Shown: positions 1-9,292, numbered from the stretch's first letter. The stretch: 64,000 nt of DNA from an uncultured Candidatus Micrarchaeota archaeon (GCA_903828955.1 CAIKOA010000014.1:6359-70358), one strand, 5' to 3'. The notes: a model not told the origin generated them from the sequence alone. Numbers and translations are program-made.

Positions 1-688
1 GATACATTGTTGTCTTATTACCCTTCTCCTCGAGAACTAACTCGGTGCCGCGTATTGAACAAGTGCTCTGGCCCGTACGTATTTCAAATCCTTTAAACCA
101 TGTCTTCATTCTTGATAACGCCACGTAAGTCTTGCCCTGCAGCAAATCGGCGCTGACGTCCCCCATCAAGGTGAGGAGAGTTCCTTGGCCGGTCTTGATA
201 ATGTGACCATCCGGATATTGGATCCTTGCATCTCCGCGGATGGTTTCGTCGCCCGATTCCAACGTGCATTTTGTGTTCTTGTAGAGATAGATTGTCCTTC
301 CGTCTTCAAGCGCAAGTGTCGCCGTCCCGTCCTTTGTCACGATTGCGTCTCCTTCCGAGAGAGTCGTTGTACCCGCAGTAGCCACAGAGCCGTCCGCGTG
401 CACGATTTGGAAAGTTCCGGTAACCTCCTTTATGCTCGCCACGATTTTTGGTTCAGGCGCCTTGCCCCCATTCGCAGCTGCGATGCAGTAAGGCGTGTTC
501 TGCCACACCAGGTATTGGCAGCATTCCATGCCGCTGCAGCAGCCGCCTTCGGACTTGGGGATCTTCACGCCTGCTGCAGTTACTCCGTATTCGCAGACAG
601 GCTCAGGGAGAGCTTGCGCATAGATAAGGGGAGCGCTAAGAACCAGAAGCCCGAGAGCCAATAACACAACCGAGGCAACTTGCGCCAT
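1..688 (-). CDS. Secreted protein, partial (C-terminus lies beyond window start); N-terminal signal peptide MAQVASVVLLALGLLVLSAPLIYAQA, Cys-rich segment, possible FecR-like beta domain
   Basis: Manual translation of the minus strand from ATG at 686-688 with no stop before position 1. It is absent from the ORF track because it runs off the window. It has a hydrophobic signal-like N-terminus. Confidence 0.5.
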   Translation of the reverse strand, partial: MAQVASVVLLALGLLVLSAPLIYAQALPEPVCEYGVTAAGVKIPKSEGGCCSGMECCQYLVWQNTPYCIAAANGGKAPEPKIVASIKEVTGTFQIVHADGSVATAGTTTLSEGDAIVTKDGTATLALEDGRTIYLYKNTKCTLESGDETIRGDARIQYPDGHIIKTGQGTLLTLMGDVSADLLQGKTYVALSRMKTWFKGFEIRTGQSTCSIRGTELVLEEKGNKTTMY

Positions 689-756
689 GCTTATTTACAA
701 TATTGGGCTATTATTTAATACTATCAGAAACACAATGCCATTCACTTTGAGTATTA

Positions 757-829
757 CGCCCCGGGGAGGGCTCGAACCTCCGGCCGCCTGATTAACAGTC
801 AGGCGCTCTGCCGACTGAGCTACCGAGGC
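757..829 (-). tRNA. tRNA-Asn (anticodon GTT)
   Basis: The reverse complement GCCTCGGTAGCTCAGTCGGCAGAGCGCCTGACTGTTAATCAGGCGGCCGGAGGTTCGAGCCCTCCCCGGGGCG folds as a cloverleaf. Acceptor stem is 7 bp with one G-U pair. D-stem is GCTC/GAGC. The anticodon loop CTGTTAA gives GTT. The T-arm is GGAGG-TTCGAGC-CCTCC. Confidence 0.9.
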
Positions 830-871
830 AAAAAGCGTGAATAGCAATTTACAAAAGAACTCTATTTAAAC

Positions 872-973
872 TTAACCTTCCGGGCAGTTGGTCCATCCGC
901 AGTTTTGGCATTCCACGCAGCCTTCTTTATGCAAAAGCTTGTTTCCACACTGCGGGCAGACCTCTTCCCCCAT
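872..973 (-). CDS. Mini zinc-ribbon ORF (MGEEVCPQCGNKLLHKEGCVECQNCGWTNCPEG); either a standalone ~33-aa C4 zinc-ribbon protein or the frameshifted C-terminus of the upstream 99-aa ORF
   Basis: Manual translation shows CPQC...CVEC/CQNC spacing typical of a zinc ribbon. The reading frame is open back to 1058 but offset by one from ORF 976..1275. Confidence 0.25.
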   Translation of the reverse strand: MGEEVCPQCGNKLLHKEGCVECQNCGWTNCPEG

Positions 974-975
974 CT

Positions 976-1275
976 CTATTCCTTCTTGAAAGGCTCCCAG
1001 AGCTTCCGTACGCTCTTCATGATGTCCAGCATCTCCGCGCTCCGATCCAGCACCTTGTCATCGTCATCATCGTCTCCGCCTCCCCCATAGCGCTGGTAAA
1101 TCTCAAAAAGAAGCTCTTCGATTCCCGCTTTCGTGTATCCCTTCTTGTTCCACTCGGAAACCATCTTCCTGGTCTTCTCTTTCCCCATGAAGTTCCTGAA
1201 AGCGGCAACGGAATCCTTCTTCTTTGCTTCCGGCTCTTTAGGCTTTTCGTCCTGTTCTCCTTTGTAAATCGGCAT
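976..1275 (-). CDS. Hypothetical charged protein with a GGGGDDDDDD low-complexity tract
   Basis: ORF track; no family recognised. It is followed out of frame by a zinc ribbon. Confidence 0.4.
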   Translation of the reverse strand: MPIYKGEQDEKPKEPEAKKKDSVAAFRNFMGKEKTRKMVSEWNKKGYTKAGIEELLFEIYQRYGGGGDDDDDDKVLDRSAEMLDIMKSVRKLWEPFKKE

Positions 1276-1306
1276 AAGTACCCTCTCTAATTTTCCCTAT
1301 AAAAAC

Positions 1307-1801
1307 CTATCTTTTATAGCCAATCTTGCGCAGGAAATCCCTTCTCCATTTCCGGTCCTCTTCCCCTTCCACTCCGAGAGGCTTCAACCCGTCAATTACC
1401 CCGAGTATTCCCCTTCCTTCGCCTTCAGTTGCAATAACCACTTTAAGCGGGTTCGCAGTAGCCGCATAGAGCGAAGCGACCTCGCTCACGTTCTTTATTC
1501 TATTCAAAACATTAATGGGAAAACCCTCCTTCATAAATACGATGAAGCAGTGGCCGGCTCCGATCCTGAGCGCTTCCTCCTCCGCCTTCTTTACCAATTT
1601 TTCATCGTTCCCGTCGGTCCTAACCAATCTTTTGCCGGAGGATTCGCAAAACGCAAGCCCGAACTTTATCGCGGTTCCGCTTTCCGCAACCGCCTCATAA
1701 ATATCCTCCACGCTCTTTATGAAATGCGTCTGCCCCAAAACCACATTGCAGCCTTCTGGAATAGAAACCTCGACAATTTCCATCTTCATCATTTTTCCCA
1801 C
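1307..1801 (-). CDS. Conserved archaeal protein, possibly adenosine-specific kinase family (COG1839/PF04008-like)
   Basis: ORF track. Motifs HFIKSVEDIYEA, GAGHCFIVFMKEGFPINVLN are recalled as resembling this archaeal family. The family assignment is tentative. Confidence 0.4.
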   Translation of the reverse strand: MGKMMKMEIVEVSIPEGCNVVLGQTHFIKSVEDIYEAVAESGTAIKFGLAFCESSGKRLVRTDGNDEKLVKKAEEEALRIGAGHCFIVFMKEGFPINVLNRIKNVSEVASLYAATANPLKVVIATEGEGRGILGVIDGLKPLGVEGEEDRKWRRDFLRKIGYKR

Positions 1802-1817
1802 CTCTAAAACAATCCTC

Positions 1818-2369
1818 TCAAATCCCTATCTTCTTCAATATTTCCGTAGTCTTCACATGCGCAGGGTCAATCTTGCTCTTTAATTGTATTATCTCTATTC
1901 CCCGCGGGCGAAGCAGTATTTCTTGGTCATACCCATATGCAATCGCATCCGGCTTCACCTTATTCAAGGTCGCAACAAAATCCTCCCCGCCCAGAATTGC
2001 AAGGTCCACCGGCTTCAAAGCCTGCACAAGCGCGCTCCGGTACCCCTGGTTATGCAGAGGTTTCCTGTTCTTTTTCGCAATGTGCTCATCGCGCGCAACC
2101 ACCACAACAAGAACATCCCCGTTCTTTTTCGCCTCCCCAAGTGTGATCACGTGCCCTATGTGGATCACATCAAACACCCCGCCGGTCATCACCACCTTGA
2201 AAAGTTTCCTGTACTTCTCCCTAAGATAGTAGAGCCCGTCCTCTTTCTTCTCGAGCATGAACTGCTCCATATGGTTTAGCTGATAGAATTCCTTGATATC
2301 GATTCCCTCTTCCCTAAGCTGCTTTAGATAGAGAGAAACCGCTGCCTCCTTTACACCCATGGGCAGCAA
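1818..2369 (-). CDS. Cytidylyltransferase-fold nucleotidyltransferase, RibL (archaeal FAD synthase)-like, with a ~55-aa N-terminal extension
   Basis: GGVFDVIHIGH (the HxGH nucleotidyltransferase motif), VARDEHIAKKNRKPL and ALKPVD..AILGG closely parallel Methanocaldococcus RibL. Confidence 0.6.
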   Translation of the reverse strand: MLPMGVKEAAVSLYLKQLREEGIDIKEFYQLNHMEQFMLEKKEDGLYYLREKYRKLFKVVMTGGVFDVIHIGHVITLGEAKKNGDVLVVVVARDEHIAKKNRKPLHNQGYRSALVQALKPVDLAILGGEDFVATLNKVKPDAIAYGYDQEILLRPRGIEIIQLKSKIDPAHVKTTEILKKIGI

Positions 2370-2412
2370 CTCTCAAATAAGCATTTTAAACCTGCTCTTC
2401 GCATTTCCTCGC

Positions 2413-4233
2413 ATGTCCAATATGAAGTATTTCATGGCACTTCTGCTTCTTTTTTCAACCGCTTTCTCTTTCTCGATCGATTCCTATACTTCCGATGTGC
2501 AGGTGCAGGGAAACGGGGACCTCAGTGTTCACGAAACAATGGTTTTCAATTTAGAGAAGGCCTACAATGAGGGCTTCCGCTCAATCCGCCCGCAGGATTT
2601 TGATTCAGATCTTAACAATATATTGGTCAATTCCGTAACCGTAAACGGCCAGCCCGTAGAATACGTAAAGCAAATGAATGGGGCGAATGCCGAAATAGTC
2701 TGGAAGAAAACCTTCCAGGGAATAAATACAGTGGATATTTCTTATACTCTCAAAAACCGGGTTGAGCTCTGGGACGATTACGCAAAAGTCTGTTTTGAGC
2801 ATTACGGGGCAAACTGGCCCGCCCCCGCAACCACTTTCTATTCCAAGATGACGATGCCAGAAGCAGCGCGTGGAAAAGACCTGCATTTTGAAATCTATTC
2901 AACCAAGCAGGGGGATGCGCACATAGACGACCTTTCCGTAATCACCCAGATGAACGATGTTCCCTCAGGAAATTACATAGGGGGCTGTTATCTATTCGAT
3001 AAGTCCGCAGTAAATACGAATAAAGTAATGAACGGCTCAGCCTACGCAATCCTGAAGGATGAGCGCCAAGCATACAACTCCCAGCCTCTGCTGAACCCCG
3101 CAGACAATTTCCCCTGCGCTCCCTGCTGCTGCCCGTTCGGAATTCTACTCCTCCTCATCGCAGGCTATCTCGCCTACCAGCAATTCGGCAAGAAAAAACT
3201 CCCCGAGAACATAATGCCGCCTTCAGATGAAGAACCGGTGGCAGTTGCGGTAATTGTAAACAATGATTACTCGGAAAAAGACATTCTCGCCTCCGCAATC
3301 CTCGAACTCATAAACAAGGGCGTTATCGACATAATGGAACTTGAAAAAGCCGGGGAAAAAGGAATGGAAATAAAGCGCGAGCGCACCATTCTTTTCCTGA
3401 AGAAGCGCCCGGCCACCCTTAAGCCCTACGAGCTTGCACTACTCGACATGATTTTCCAGGGAGGGAAAAAGGAAGTTGATTTGGACGCGCTTGCTGCGGA
3501 TTTCGACAAGATTAAGGGAAAAGACGATGCCTCCAAATCCATAATTCCGCAGAAAATGGATTTGTTCTCTTCAGAAATAACCAAGATATTGAAAGACAAA
3601 AACCTCTCCGGGGTTGCGAAGAAGAAATACCAGAAACGGGGGCTTGTGGGCGGATTGGGCGTCCCGATCTTTTTCTTCGGGCTCTGCTTCGTCGCCTCCT
3701 TCTTTGCAGGCGGATTCGATTTTCTTGGCTTCCTCTGGCAAACCGGGGATTATCTCTACCTGATTGCGATGGTTGTGGGGACTTTCCTGGTAATTGTCGC
3801 CGCCCCTTCGCTCATCTGGCTATACCTGCAGCCCGAAGTTCCAAAGGGCTTCGAAACCCAATATTCACAATGGAACGCGTTTGCGCGCGCAGTGAAGGCG
3901 AGCACATTGAAAACCCAGCCGCCTTCCTCAGCGCTTATTTGGGGGGAAATTCTTGTATATGCAAATGCGCTCGGGCTTGCGGAAAAAGTTAAGCAGCACC
4001 TTTCAGAACTGGACTCTTTCATTGTGAAGAGAATCGACAAGATGGACAGGGTAAGGCGCTCCACCTATGCCTTTTATTCCTCTGCATGGGGCGTGCGCAA
4101 CCTTTCCAAGTATGGAAGGAGGAGCGGCCCGATGGGCCACGGGGGCTTCTCCGGCCGCTCAAGCGGAGGCTGGAGTTCAGGGGGAGGCGGAGGCTTCTCC
4201 GGCGGAAGCTCAGGGGGCGGAGGATTCAGGTGA
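2413..4233 (+). CDS. DUF2207-family membrane protein (signal peptide, large extracytoplasmic domain, TM helices, C-terminal Gly/Ser-rich tail GGGGFSGGSSGGGG)
   Basis: The ORF track's 2359 start overlaps the divergent gene, so ATG 2413 is more likely. The domain order and glycine-rich C-tail are hallmarks of DUF2207/COG4907. Confidence 0.65.
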   Translation: MSNMKYFMALLLLFSTAFSFSIDSYTSDVQVQGNGDLSVHETMVFNLEKAYNEGFRSIRPQDFDSDLNNILVNSVTVNGQPVEYVKQMNGANAEIVWKKTFQGINTVDISYTLKNRVELWDDYAKVCFEHYGANWPAPATTFYSKMTMPEAARGKDLHFEIYSTKQGDAHIDDLSVITQMNDVPSGNYIGGCYLFDKSAVNTNKVMNGSAYAILKDERQAYNSQPLLNPADNFPCAPCCCPFGILLLLIAGYLAYQQFGKKKLPENIMPPSDEEPVAVAVIVNNDYSEKDILASAILELINKGVIDIMELEKAGEKGMEIKRERTILFLKKRPATLKPYELALLDMIFQGGKKEVDLDALAADFDKIKGKDDASKSIIPQKMDLFSSEITKILKDKNLSGVAKKKYQKRGLVGGLGVPIFFFGLCFVASFFAGGFDFLGFLWQTGDYLYLIAMVVGTFLVIVAAPSLIWLYLQPEVPKGFETQYSQWNAFARAVKASTLKTQPPSSALIWGEILVYANALGLAEKVKQHLSELDSFIVKRIDKMDRVRRSTYAFYSSAWGVRNLSKYGRRSGPMGHGGFSGRSSGGWSSGGGGGFSGGSSGGGGFR

Positions 4234-4238
4234 TTACG

Positions 4239-4520
4239 ATGAACACCAGATTAGTTTTAGTTGGGGCAATCCTTTTTTCCCTTCTTTTGTTCGGGTGCGT
4301 GAATCCGCCAAAGGAAAATAACGGGCAGACAGGAGCGGGAAGCACAAGCGGAACTGGCACAACCGGAACCCAAACCAGCGGGAATAGCGCAGGCGGAAAC
4401 GGCGGACAGGTGGTCGTAGTCGGAGGCACCACCTCCGGCGGAATGAGCGACCCGAGCAAATGCAACAACCTACCGCCCCAGCAAATGGCGGACTGCCTAG
4501 ACAAATCGATGGGAAATTAA
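4239..4520 (+). CDS. Small secreted/lipoprotein-like protein with a Gly/Thr/Ser-rich low-complexity region
   Basis: An internal ATG (MNTRLVLVGAILFSLLLFGC) gives a signal peptide followed by a Cys. The longer track ORFs 4067/4086 overlap the DUF2207 3' end. Confidence 0.45.
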   Translation: MNTRLVLVGAILFSLLLFGCVNPPKENNGQTGAGSTSGTGTTGTQTSGNSAGGNGGQVVVVGGTTSGGMSDPSKCNNLPPQQMADCLDKSMGN

Positions 4521-4537
4521 AAAGAAAAAGTTCTAGC

Positions 4538-5830
4538 TCATGGATAGCATCTGGAAATGCTTCTCGGGAACGGAATCGCGTCCCTGATGTGGTGGAGCCC
4601 GCAAATATATTTTGTAAGCCTTTCCACCCCAAGCCCAAAGCCTGAGTGCTGGACGCTCCCATACCTTCTCAGATCCACATACCAGGCGTGGTTTTTTGGG
4701 TTCAGCCCGAAAACTTTCATCTTGGTTTCCAGTTCCTCAAGGTTCCAAATCCTCTCGCTTCCGCCGATTACTTCCCCGTGCCCTTCGGGCGCAAGCAAAT
4801 CAGAGCAGAGCGCGGTTCCCGGCTTGTCCGGGTCGTCCCGCATATAGAATGCCTTTATTTTTGAGGGGAAGTTGTGCACAAAGAGCGGCTTGTCATAATC
4901 CCTGGTAAGCAGCGCCTCCTCATCCGCGCCAAGGTCGTCCCCGTCTTCCATCTTTCCGCCCAGCTCATTCACTTTCGCAACCGCATCCTGATAATCCATC
5001 CTTGGAAACGGCGCCTTCACATTCTCGAGCTTTTTCGGGTCCCTCTCGAGCTCCTCAAGCAAATCCGTGTGGTTCTTCAGGAACTTCTGCACCACGTACG
5101 AAACCATGTTCTCCTGCAATTCCATGTTCTCCTTCTGCCCATACCAAATCATTTCTGGTTCAAGGTGCCAGTATTCCGCAAGGTGCCTTATCGTCCTGCT
5201 TTTTTCCGCGCGGAAAGAGGGCGCAAAAGCGTAAACTTTTCCGAGGCTGAATGCAAGCGCTTCTGCATAAAGCTGCCCGCTCTGGCTCAAATATGCCTTC
5301 TCCCCGAAGAAGTCCAGTTCAAATAGAGTTGAGCCCCCCTCGCACTCGGATTTCGTAATTATCGGGGGAACAACCTCGTAGAATCCATCGTTGTTCAGGA
5401 ATTCCCTAAGGTAGTTCACAATGTGGTGCCGCGCCTTAAGGGAAGCGGTCAATTTCCTGCTCCGCAGCCACAAATGCCGCACATCCAAAAGAAACTCCTC
5501 GCTAAGGTCTTTGGAAATCGGGAAAGGCTCCCCTCTCCACACAGTCTTGAACTCCGAAACCTGGATTTCCATCCCGCCCGGGGCCCTCTCATCCTTTTTA
5601 AGCTCCCCGGTAAGCTGAACAGAACTTTCAATATACACTTCGGAAGCATCCTTCCAGCTCTTCTCATCGACCTTGTCCTTCTTCACCGCAACCTGGATTC
5701 TGCTGGTCCCATCGCGCACTACGAGGAAATTGAGGTTTCCGCTGGTCCGTTGCCTAAATACCCAGCCGCGTATGCTTACGCGCTTCCCCTCAGCTCCCTC
5801 TTTGAACACTTTATCTATATCCGTATACAT
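4538..5830 (-). CDS. asnS: Asparaginyl-tRNA synthetase (class IIb)
   Basis: N-terminal OB-fold anticodon-binding domain followed by a class II core. FRAEKSRTIRHLAEYWHLEPE, GGSERIW and WYVDLRRYGSVQHSGFGLGVERL resemble AsnRS rather than the AspRS encoded at 53174..54463. Confidence 0.8.
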   Translation of the reverse strand: MYTDIDKVFKEGAEGKRVSIRGWVFRQRTSGNLNFLVVRDGTSRIQVAVKKDKVDEKSWKDASEVYIESSVQLTGELKKDERAPGGMEIQVSEFKTVWRGEPFPISKDLSEEFLLDVRHLWLRSRKLTASLKARHHIVNYLREFLNNDGFYEVVPPIITKSECEGGSTLFELDFFGEKAYLSQSGQLYAEALAFSLGKVYAFAPSFRAEKSRTIRHLAEYWHLEPEMIWYGQKENMELQENMVSYVVQKFLKNHTDLLEELERDPKKLENVKAPFPRMDYQDAVAKVNELGGKMEDGDDLGADEEALLTRDYDKPLFVHNFPSKIKAFYMRDDPDKPGTALCSDLLAPEGHGEVIGGSERIWNLEELETKMKVFGLNPKNHAWYVDLRRYGSVQHSGFGLGVERLTKYICGLHHIRDAIPFPRSISRCYP

Positions 5831-5884
5831 ACGAATCTCCCAAACCGTTTTAGGATACCTTTCAAATGAATTGTTTTAAAAAAT

Positions 5885-6514
5885 TCACTCCCTGCATCTT
5901 TTCAGGATTTCAATCGCTTCTTCGTCTTCCAATTGGGGGAATTCCTCGTAGAATTGCCCAATCGCATAGAAGTCCGCAGTAGTTAAGAGGCAAACAACCT
6001 CGTCTGCCCCTTTTTTTATTCTAAATAGGGGCTCTGGAGGCGAAACCGGAACCGCAACCACTATTTTCTTCGCACCCATCTTACGGATCACGTGGATTGC
6101 AGCAAGCATTGTGCTCCCGGTCGCAATCCCATCATCCACCAAAAGCACAATTTTTCCTTTCAGGGAAGGAAATTTCCATTCCCCATGGTATTTCCTATAT
6201 CTCTCTTCCAGCAGGGCTGAAAGCCGCGCCCTCTGCCCTTTTATATATTCATTAGAAATCCCTTCAACAGCCGAAGGATCCACAAAATATTCCCCTCCAA
6301 GCCCCACTGCTCCAATCGCATACTCATCGCTAATCGGATGAGGTATTTTCTTAGTAAGAATTACATCAAGGGGCGCGCCCAATTCCCTATGCAAAACCTC
6401 CCCTATTTGCAAAGCTCCGCGTGGAATTGCCAAAATAAGCACATTTTTCTTATTCTTATAATTCGAAAGCGCCTCAGCAAGCTTTTTTCCGGCCTCAAAC
6501 CTATCCTTGAACAT
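5885..6514 (-). CDS. Type I phosphoribosyltransferase-fold protein (COG1926-like putative PRTase)
   Basis: VLLVDDGIATGSTM is the PRPP-binding motif. The start is set at the internal ATG (MFKDRFEAGKK). Confidence 0.65.
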   Translation of the reverse strand: MFKDRFEAGKKLAEALSNYKNKKNVLILAIPRGALQIGEVLHRELGAPLDVILTKKIPHPISDEYAIGAVGLGGEYFVDPSAVEGISNEYIKGQRARLSALLEERYRKYHGEWKFPSLKGKIVLLVDDGIATGSTMLAAIHVIRKMGAKKIVVAVPVSPPEPLFRIKKGADEVVCLLTTADFYAIGQFYEEFPQLEDEEAIEILKRCRE

Positions 6515-6662
6515 CTTATCCTCATTCCAAACCGCAGGGGGGACACCCCCCTCACATCGAGTAGCAAACCCCGCCAACGGCGGGAAAGTGATACTGGAAT
6601 ATTTGCTACTCAATGTGACCCTTCAGTTTTAGGTTAATCCTGATTCCCCCCGAGTGTGGGTA

Positions 6663-7670
6663 TCATTCGCAACCCGAACAGCTTCCCCCGCATCCTGAAT
6701 GCTCTCCTCCACCGAGTTCCTTCAAGTCCGAATGCGTTTTGCATCCGCAAAGGAATGCCGCAACCTTCATCTGGGAAACCCATTCCGCAGCCATTTCATT
6801 CAATTTTCCTTCCTGCTGTGCAACCAAGAAAGGCCTAGCAGCCCCGGCAATTTCCGCGCCCAAAGCAACCGCCTTCGCGCAATCTATCCCGCTGCGCACC
6901 CCCCCGCTTGCAATTAAAGGAAGGGTTCCCCTGCACATCATAATGGAATCGACAGTCCTTATGCCCCATTCCTCAAACCCGGCAGGCTTCCCTCCGCGTG
7001 CATATTCCACCTTGCTCCAGGAGGTTCCGCCCGCACCGGAAACATCAATCCAACTAACTCCAGCCTCTTTCAATTTCTTCGCAACGCCCCTGGAAACCCC
7101 TGCCCCGCATTCCTTCGCAATCACGGGCACTGAAAGCTTTGAACATAATTTCTCAATCAATTTAAGCGAACCCGAGAATTTCCTGTCCCCTTCCGGCTGC
7201 AATATCTCCTGAAGAGGGTTCAGGTGCACCGCCATCCCGTCCAGTTCCGCCTTGGATAAGAGCCCCTCAATCTTTTCAGGACCATATTTTGCAAGCTGGG
7301 CAACCCCCACATTCCCTACTAATGGAATTGAAGGGCAAATCTTCCGAACCAGGTAGCTCTCGCTCTCAACACCCTCAAGCATAGGGCGCATGCTCCCCAG
7401 CCCCAGAGGAAGCGAATTCTTCTCCGCAACAGAGGCAAGCTCCTGATTTATTTTAACTGCTCCCCGGAACCCTCCGGTAATCGCAGTAATCATTATCGGA
7501 AATGCCTTCTTCCCAAGGAATTTAACATTCAAATCCACTTCTGAAAAATCCATCTCCGGAAGCGCCTTGTGCGGAAGCTCGACCTGCTCAAACCCCGCTT
7601 TCCTTGAGTATTCCATATCCTCGCGCAACACCGCGTTAATGTGCTCCCCCTTCCTTTCTTCTATTCCCAT
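6663..7670 (-). CDS. fni: Isopentenyl-diphosphate delta-isomerase type 2 (FMN-dependent) with an unusual C-terminal Cys-rich tail (GGGEHSGCGGSCSGCE)
   Basis: TIM-barrel FMN-binding motifs (ITAITGGF, SGAGGTSW, ASGGVRSG) are typical of IDI-2. Confidence 0.85.
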   Translation of the reverse strand: MGIEERKGEHINAVLREDMEYSRKAGFEQVELPHKALPEMDFSEVDLNVKFLGKKAFPIMITAITGGFRGAVKINQELASVAEKNSLPLGLGSMRPMLEGVESESYLVRKICPSIPLVGNVGVAQLAKYGPEKIEGLLSKAELDGMAVHLNPLQEILQPEGDRKFSGSLKLIEKLCSKLSVPVIAKECGAGVSRGVAKKLKEAGVSWIDVSGAGGTSWSKVEYARGGKPAGFEEWGIRTVDSIMMCRGTLPLIASGGVRSGIDCAKAVALGAEIAGAARPFLVAQQEGKLNEMAAEWVSQMKVAAFLCGCKTHSDLKELGGGEHSGCGGSCSGCE

Positions 7671-7676
7671 CAATTT

Positions 7677-8495
7677 TCACCTTAGAAATGCAACGCTTGC
7701 ATAGGCAACGACGCTGGAGTAATCCCCGCTCGCCCTTCCCGAGTTAATATACATAAGCTCCAAACCTTTTTTAGAGCCCTTCTCCTGTGAATAAAGGGTT
7801 GCGGCAGTAATTGGCCCAAAGCCGCAGATGCTCCAATCCCTTTCCCTCCTTTCTTTCTGGAATCCTTCCGCATCCAATTTAGTGATATAAGAGAGCGCCT
7901 TCTCATCCTCCTTCTCGGCCCACTCCGCGCTTACGTAGTGTGAAAAGTCAGAACTCGCAATAAAAACTGCATCTCTCCCCAATTTCCTCTCCGCCCTCAA
8001 AATGGAATCCGCAACATCCCGCGCCGCCTCAATTCCCTGCTCAGCCATGCACAAAGGGACAATTTTCGCCTTCGGATTCACAATGGATAAAAACGGAAGC
8101 TGTACCTCAATCGAATGTTCAAACCTGTGCCCTAATTCATCTTTCTTAATGAAGGTTGCCCCCTGCAGCATCGCATTTCCAAACTCCACATCATTCTTGA
8201 ATATTCCCATGGGGGTTTCCCAGTCATCAGCGGAAAGCGAAACCAGAGTTCCCATTCCCGTATGGTTCGGCCCCGCAATCACTATCGTTTCCGCCCGTGT
8301 AAGTTCCTTAATGCTAATTAGTGTGCACGCAGCAGGAATCCCGGAGTAAATCAGCCCCGCATGCGGGCAAACCCCTGCATACGCAGAAACGGATTTTGAG
8401 GATTTCTTGGCCTCCTTCATGCACTCCAAAACCAGCCTCTCAAGGCTCCCCTTGTCAGCGGGATAGAACATTCCAGCAACTGCCGGCTTCCTCAT
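7677..8495 (-). CDS. MEMO1/AmmeMemoRadiSam system protein B family protein
   Basis: The MRKPAVAGMFYP N-terminus and overall conservation match the Memo-like family (COG1355). Confidence 0.75.
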   Translation of the reverse strand: MRKPAVAGMFYPADKGSLERLVLECMKEAKKSSKSVSAYAGVCPHAGLIYSGIPAACTLISIKELTRAETIVIAGPNHTGMGTLVSLSADDWETPMGIFKNDVEFGNAMLQGATFIKKDELGHRFEHSIEVQLPFLSIVNPKAKIVPLCMAEQGIEAARDVADSILRAERKLGRDAVFIASSDFSHYVSAEWAEKEDEKALSYITKLDAEGFQKERRERDWSICGFGPITAATLYSQEKGSKKGLELMYINSGRASGDYSSVVAYASVAFLR

Positions 8496-8546
8496 GGTAA
8501 GTACCTCTAAGAAAAAGAATTAAAAGAGGGCAGAAGGGGTTCGCCT

Positions 8547-9272
8547 TCAGTCCGCAAGCCCGTATTTGCCCATGTAAATTTCCGCCTGGTAGATAATTAA
8601 GAAGGGCAGAATCACAAGTGAATTCACAAGCAGCACCGCAATTGTCCCTATCGGATGCGGAAGCAGGAAAAGCACCAGTTCGCTCACCGTAAGCAGAACG
8701 GTCCCAATAAGCATCCAGAGGAATACCTCCGGGAACTTCTTCCTGACCATCGAAACCGATGCATCCAAAGCCTGCCCGAGGTTGTATTCATCAATTACCA
8801 TCGCCTGCGGAACAAAGAATATGCATATTGAAACAAGGAACATCAATATAGGCAATACGATTGTCCGGTAATCCATTTCAAAGGTAAGCAGTTGGAAAAC
8901 CAGTATCAGCAATGCGGCAAGGGTATACGCAAGGAAAACCGTAACCCCGTATTTCTCCATTCCCGCAAGAAGCTCCTTTGAGGGGTTGTTCTGCACCCTC
9001 TTAGTCTTAATCAGCAAAGTAATGTTCACAATGCTCTCCGCAATAATAAACATCGAAACAAGGTATGCAATCAATGTAATTGCAGCCCCCACCGGCTCTA
9101 CTTCAGGAATGCTCCCCGTTCGCAGGAAGACCCCTCCAAGGGCCACATAGTTTGGCCCGGAGACAAGAGAGGGAATGAGGAATGCAAGAATGAACGGAAT
9201 CGAGAAAAGCAGCACGAAGTTTGCATTTTCCCTGTAGAATTTCAGCGAATATTCCAGCGCTTTCATGCCCAC
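8547..9272 (-). CDS. Polytopic membrane protein, hypothetical
   Basis: ORF track; multiple hydrophobic helices. Confidence 0.5.
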   Translation of the reverse strand: MGMKALEYSLKFYRENANFVLLFSIPFILAFLIPSLVSGPNYVALGGVFLRTGSIPEVEPVGAAITLIAYLVSMFIIAESIVNITLLIKTKRVQNNPSKELLAGMEKYGVTVFLAYTLAALLILVFQLLTFEMDYRTIVLPILMFLVSICIFFVPQAMVIDEYNLGQALDASVSMVRKKFPEVFLWMLIGTVLLTVSELVLFLLPHPIGTIAVLLVNSLVILPFLIIYQAEIYMGKYGLAD

Positions 9273-9292
9273 CCACCTCTCTTTTATTCTTT

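Noticed and set aside
185-664. 159-aa plus-strand ORF
   Set aside because: It lies entirely antisense within the better-supported minus-strand secreted-protein ORF (signal peptide, run-off at window edge). It is Cys/Arg-rich with no motif.
4067-4520. Track ORFs starting at 4067 and 4086 that overlap the DUF2207 3' end
   Set aside because: Their N-terminal parts are Arg/Ala-rich alternative-frame translations of the Gly-rich tail region. The plausible gene begins at the internal ATG 4239 with a signal peptide.
4538-5830. Possibility that the two class II synthetases (4538..5830 and 53174..54463) are duplicate AspRS genes
   Set aside because: Their motif sets differ. The first carries AsnRS-like FRAEKSRTIRHL and WYVDLRRYGSVQHSGFGLG. 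The second matches archaeal AspRS (LPVDPTG...DLR, GAPPHAGWSIGLERL). I assigned asnS and aspS respectively.
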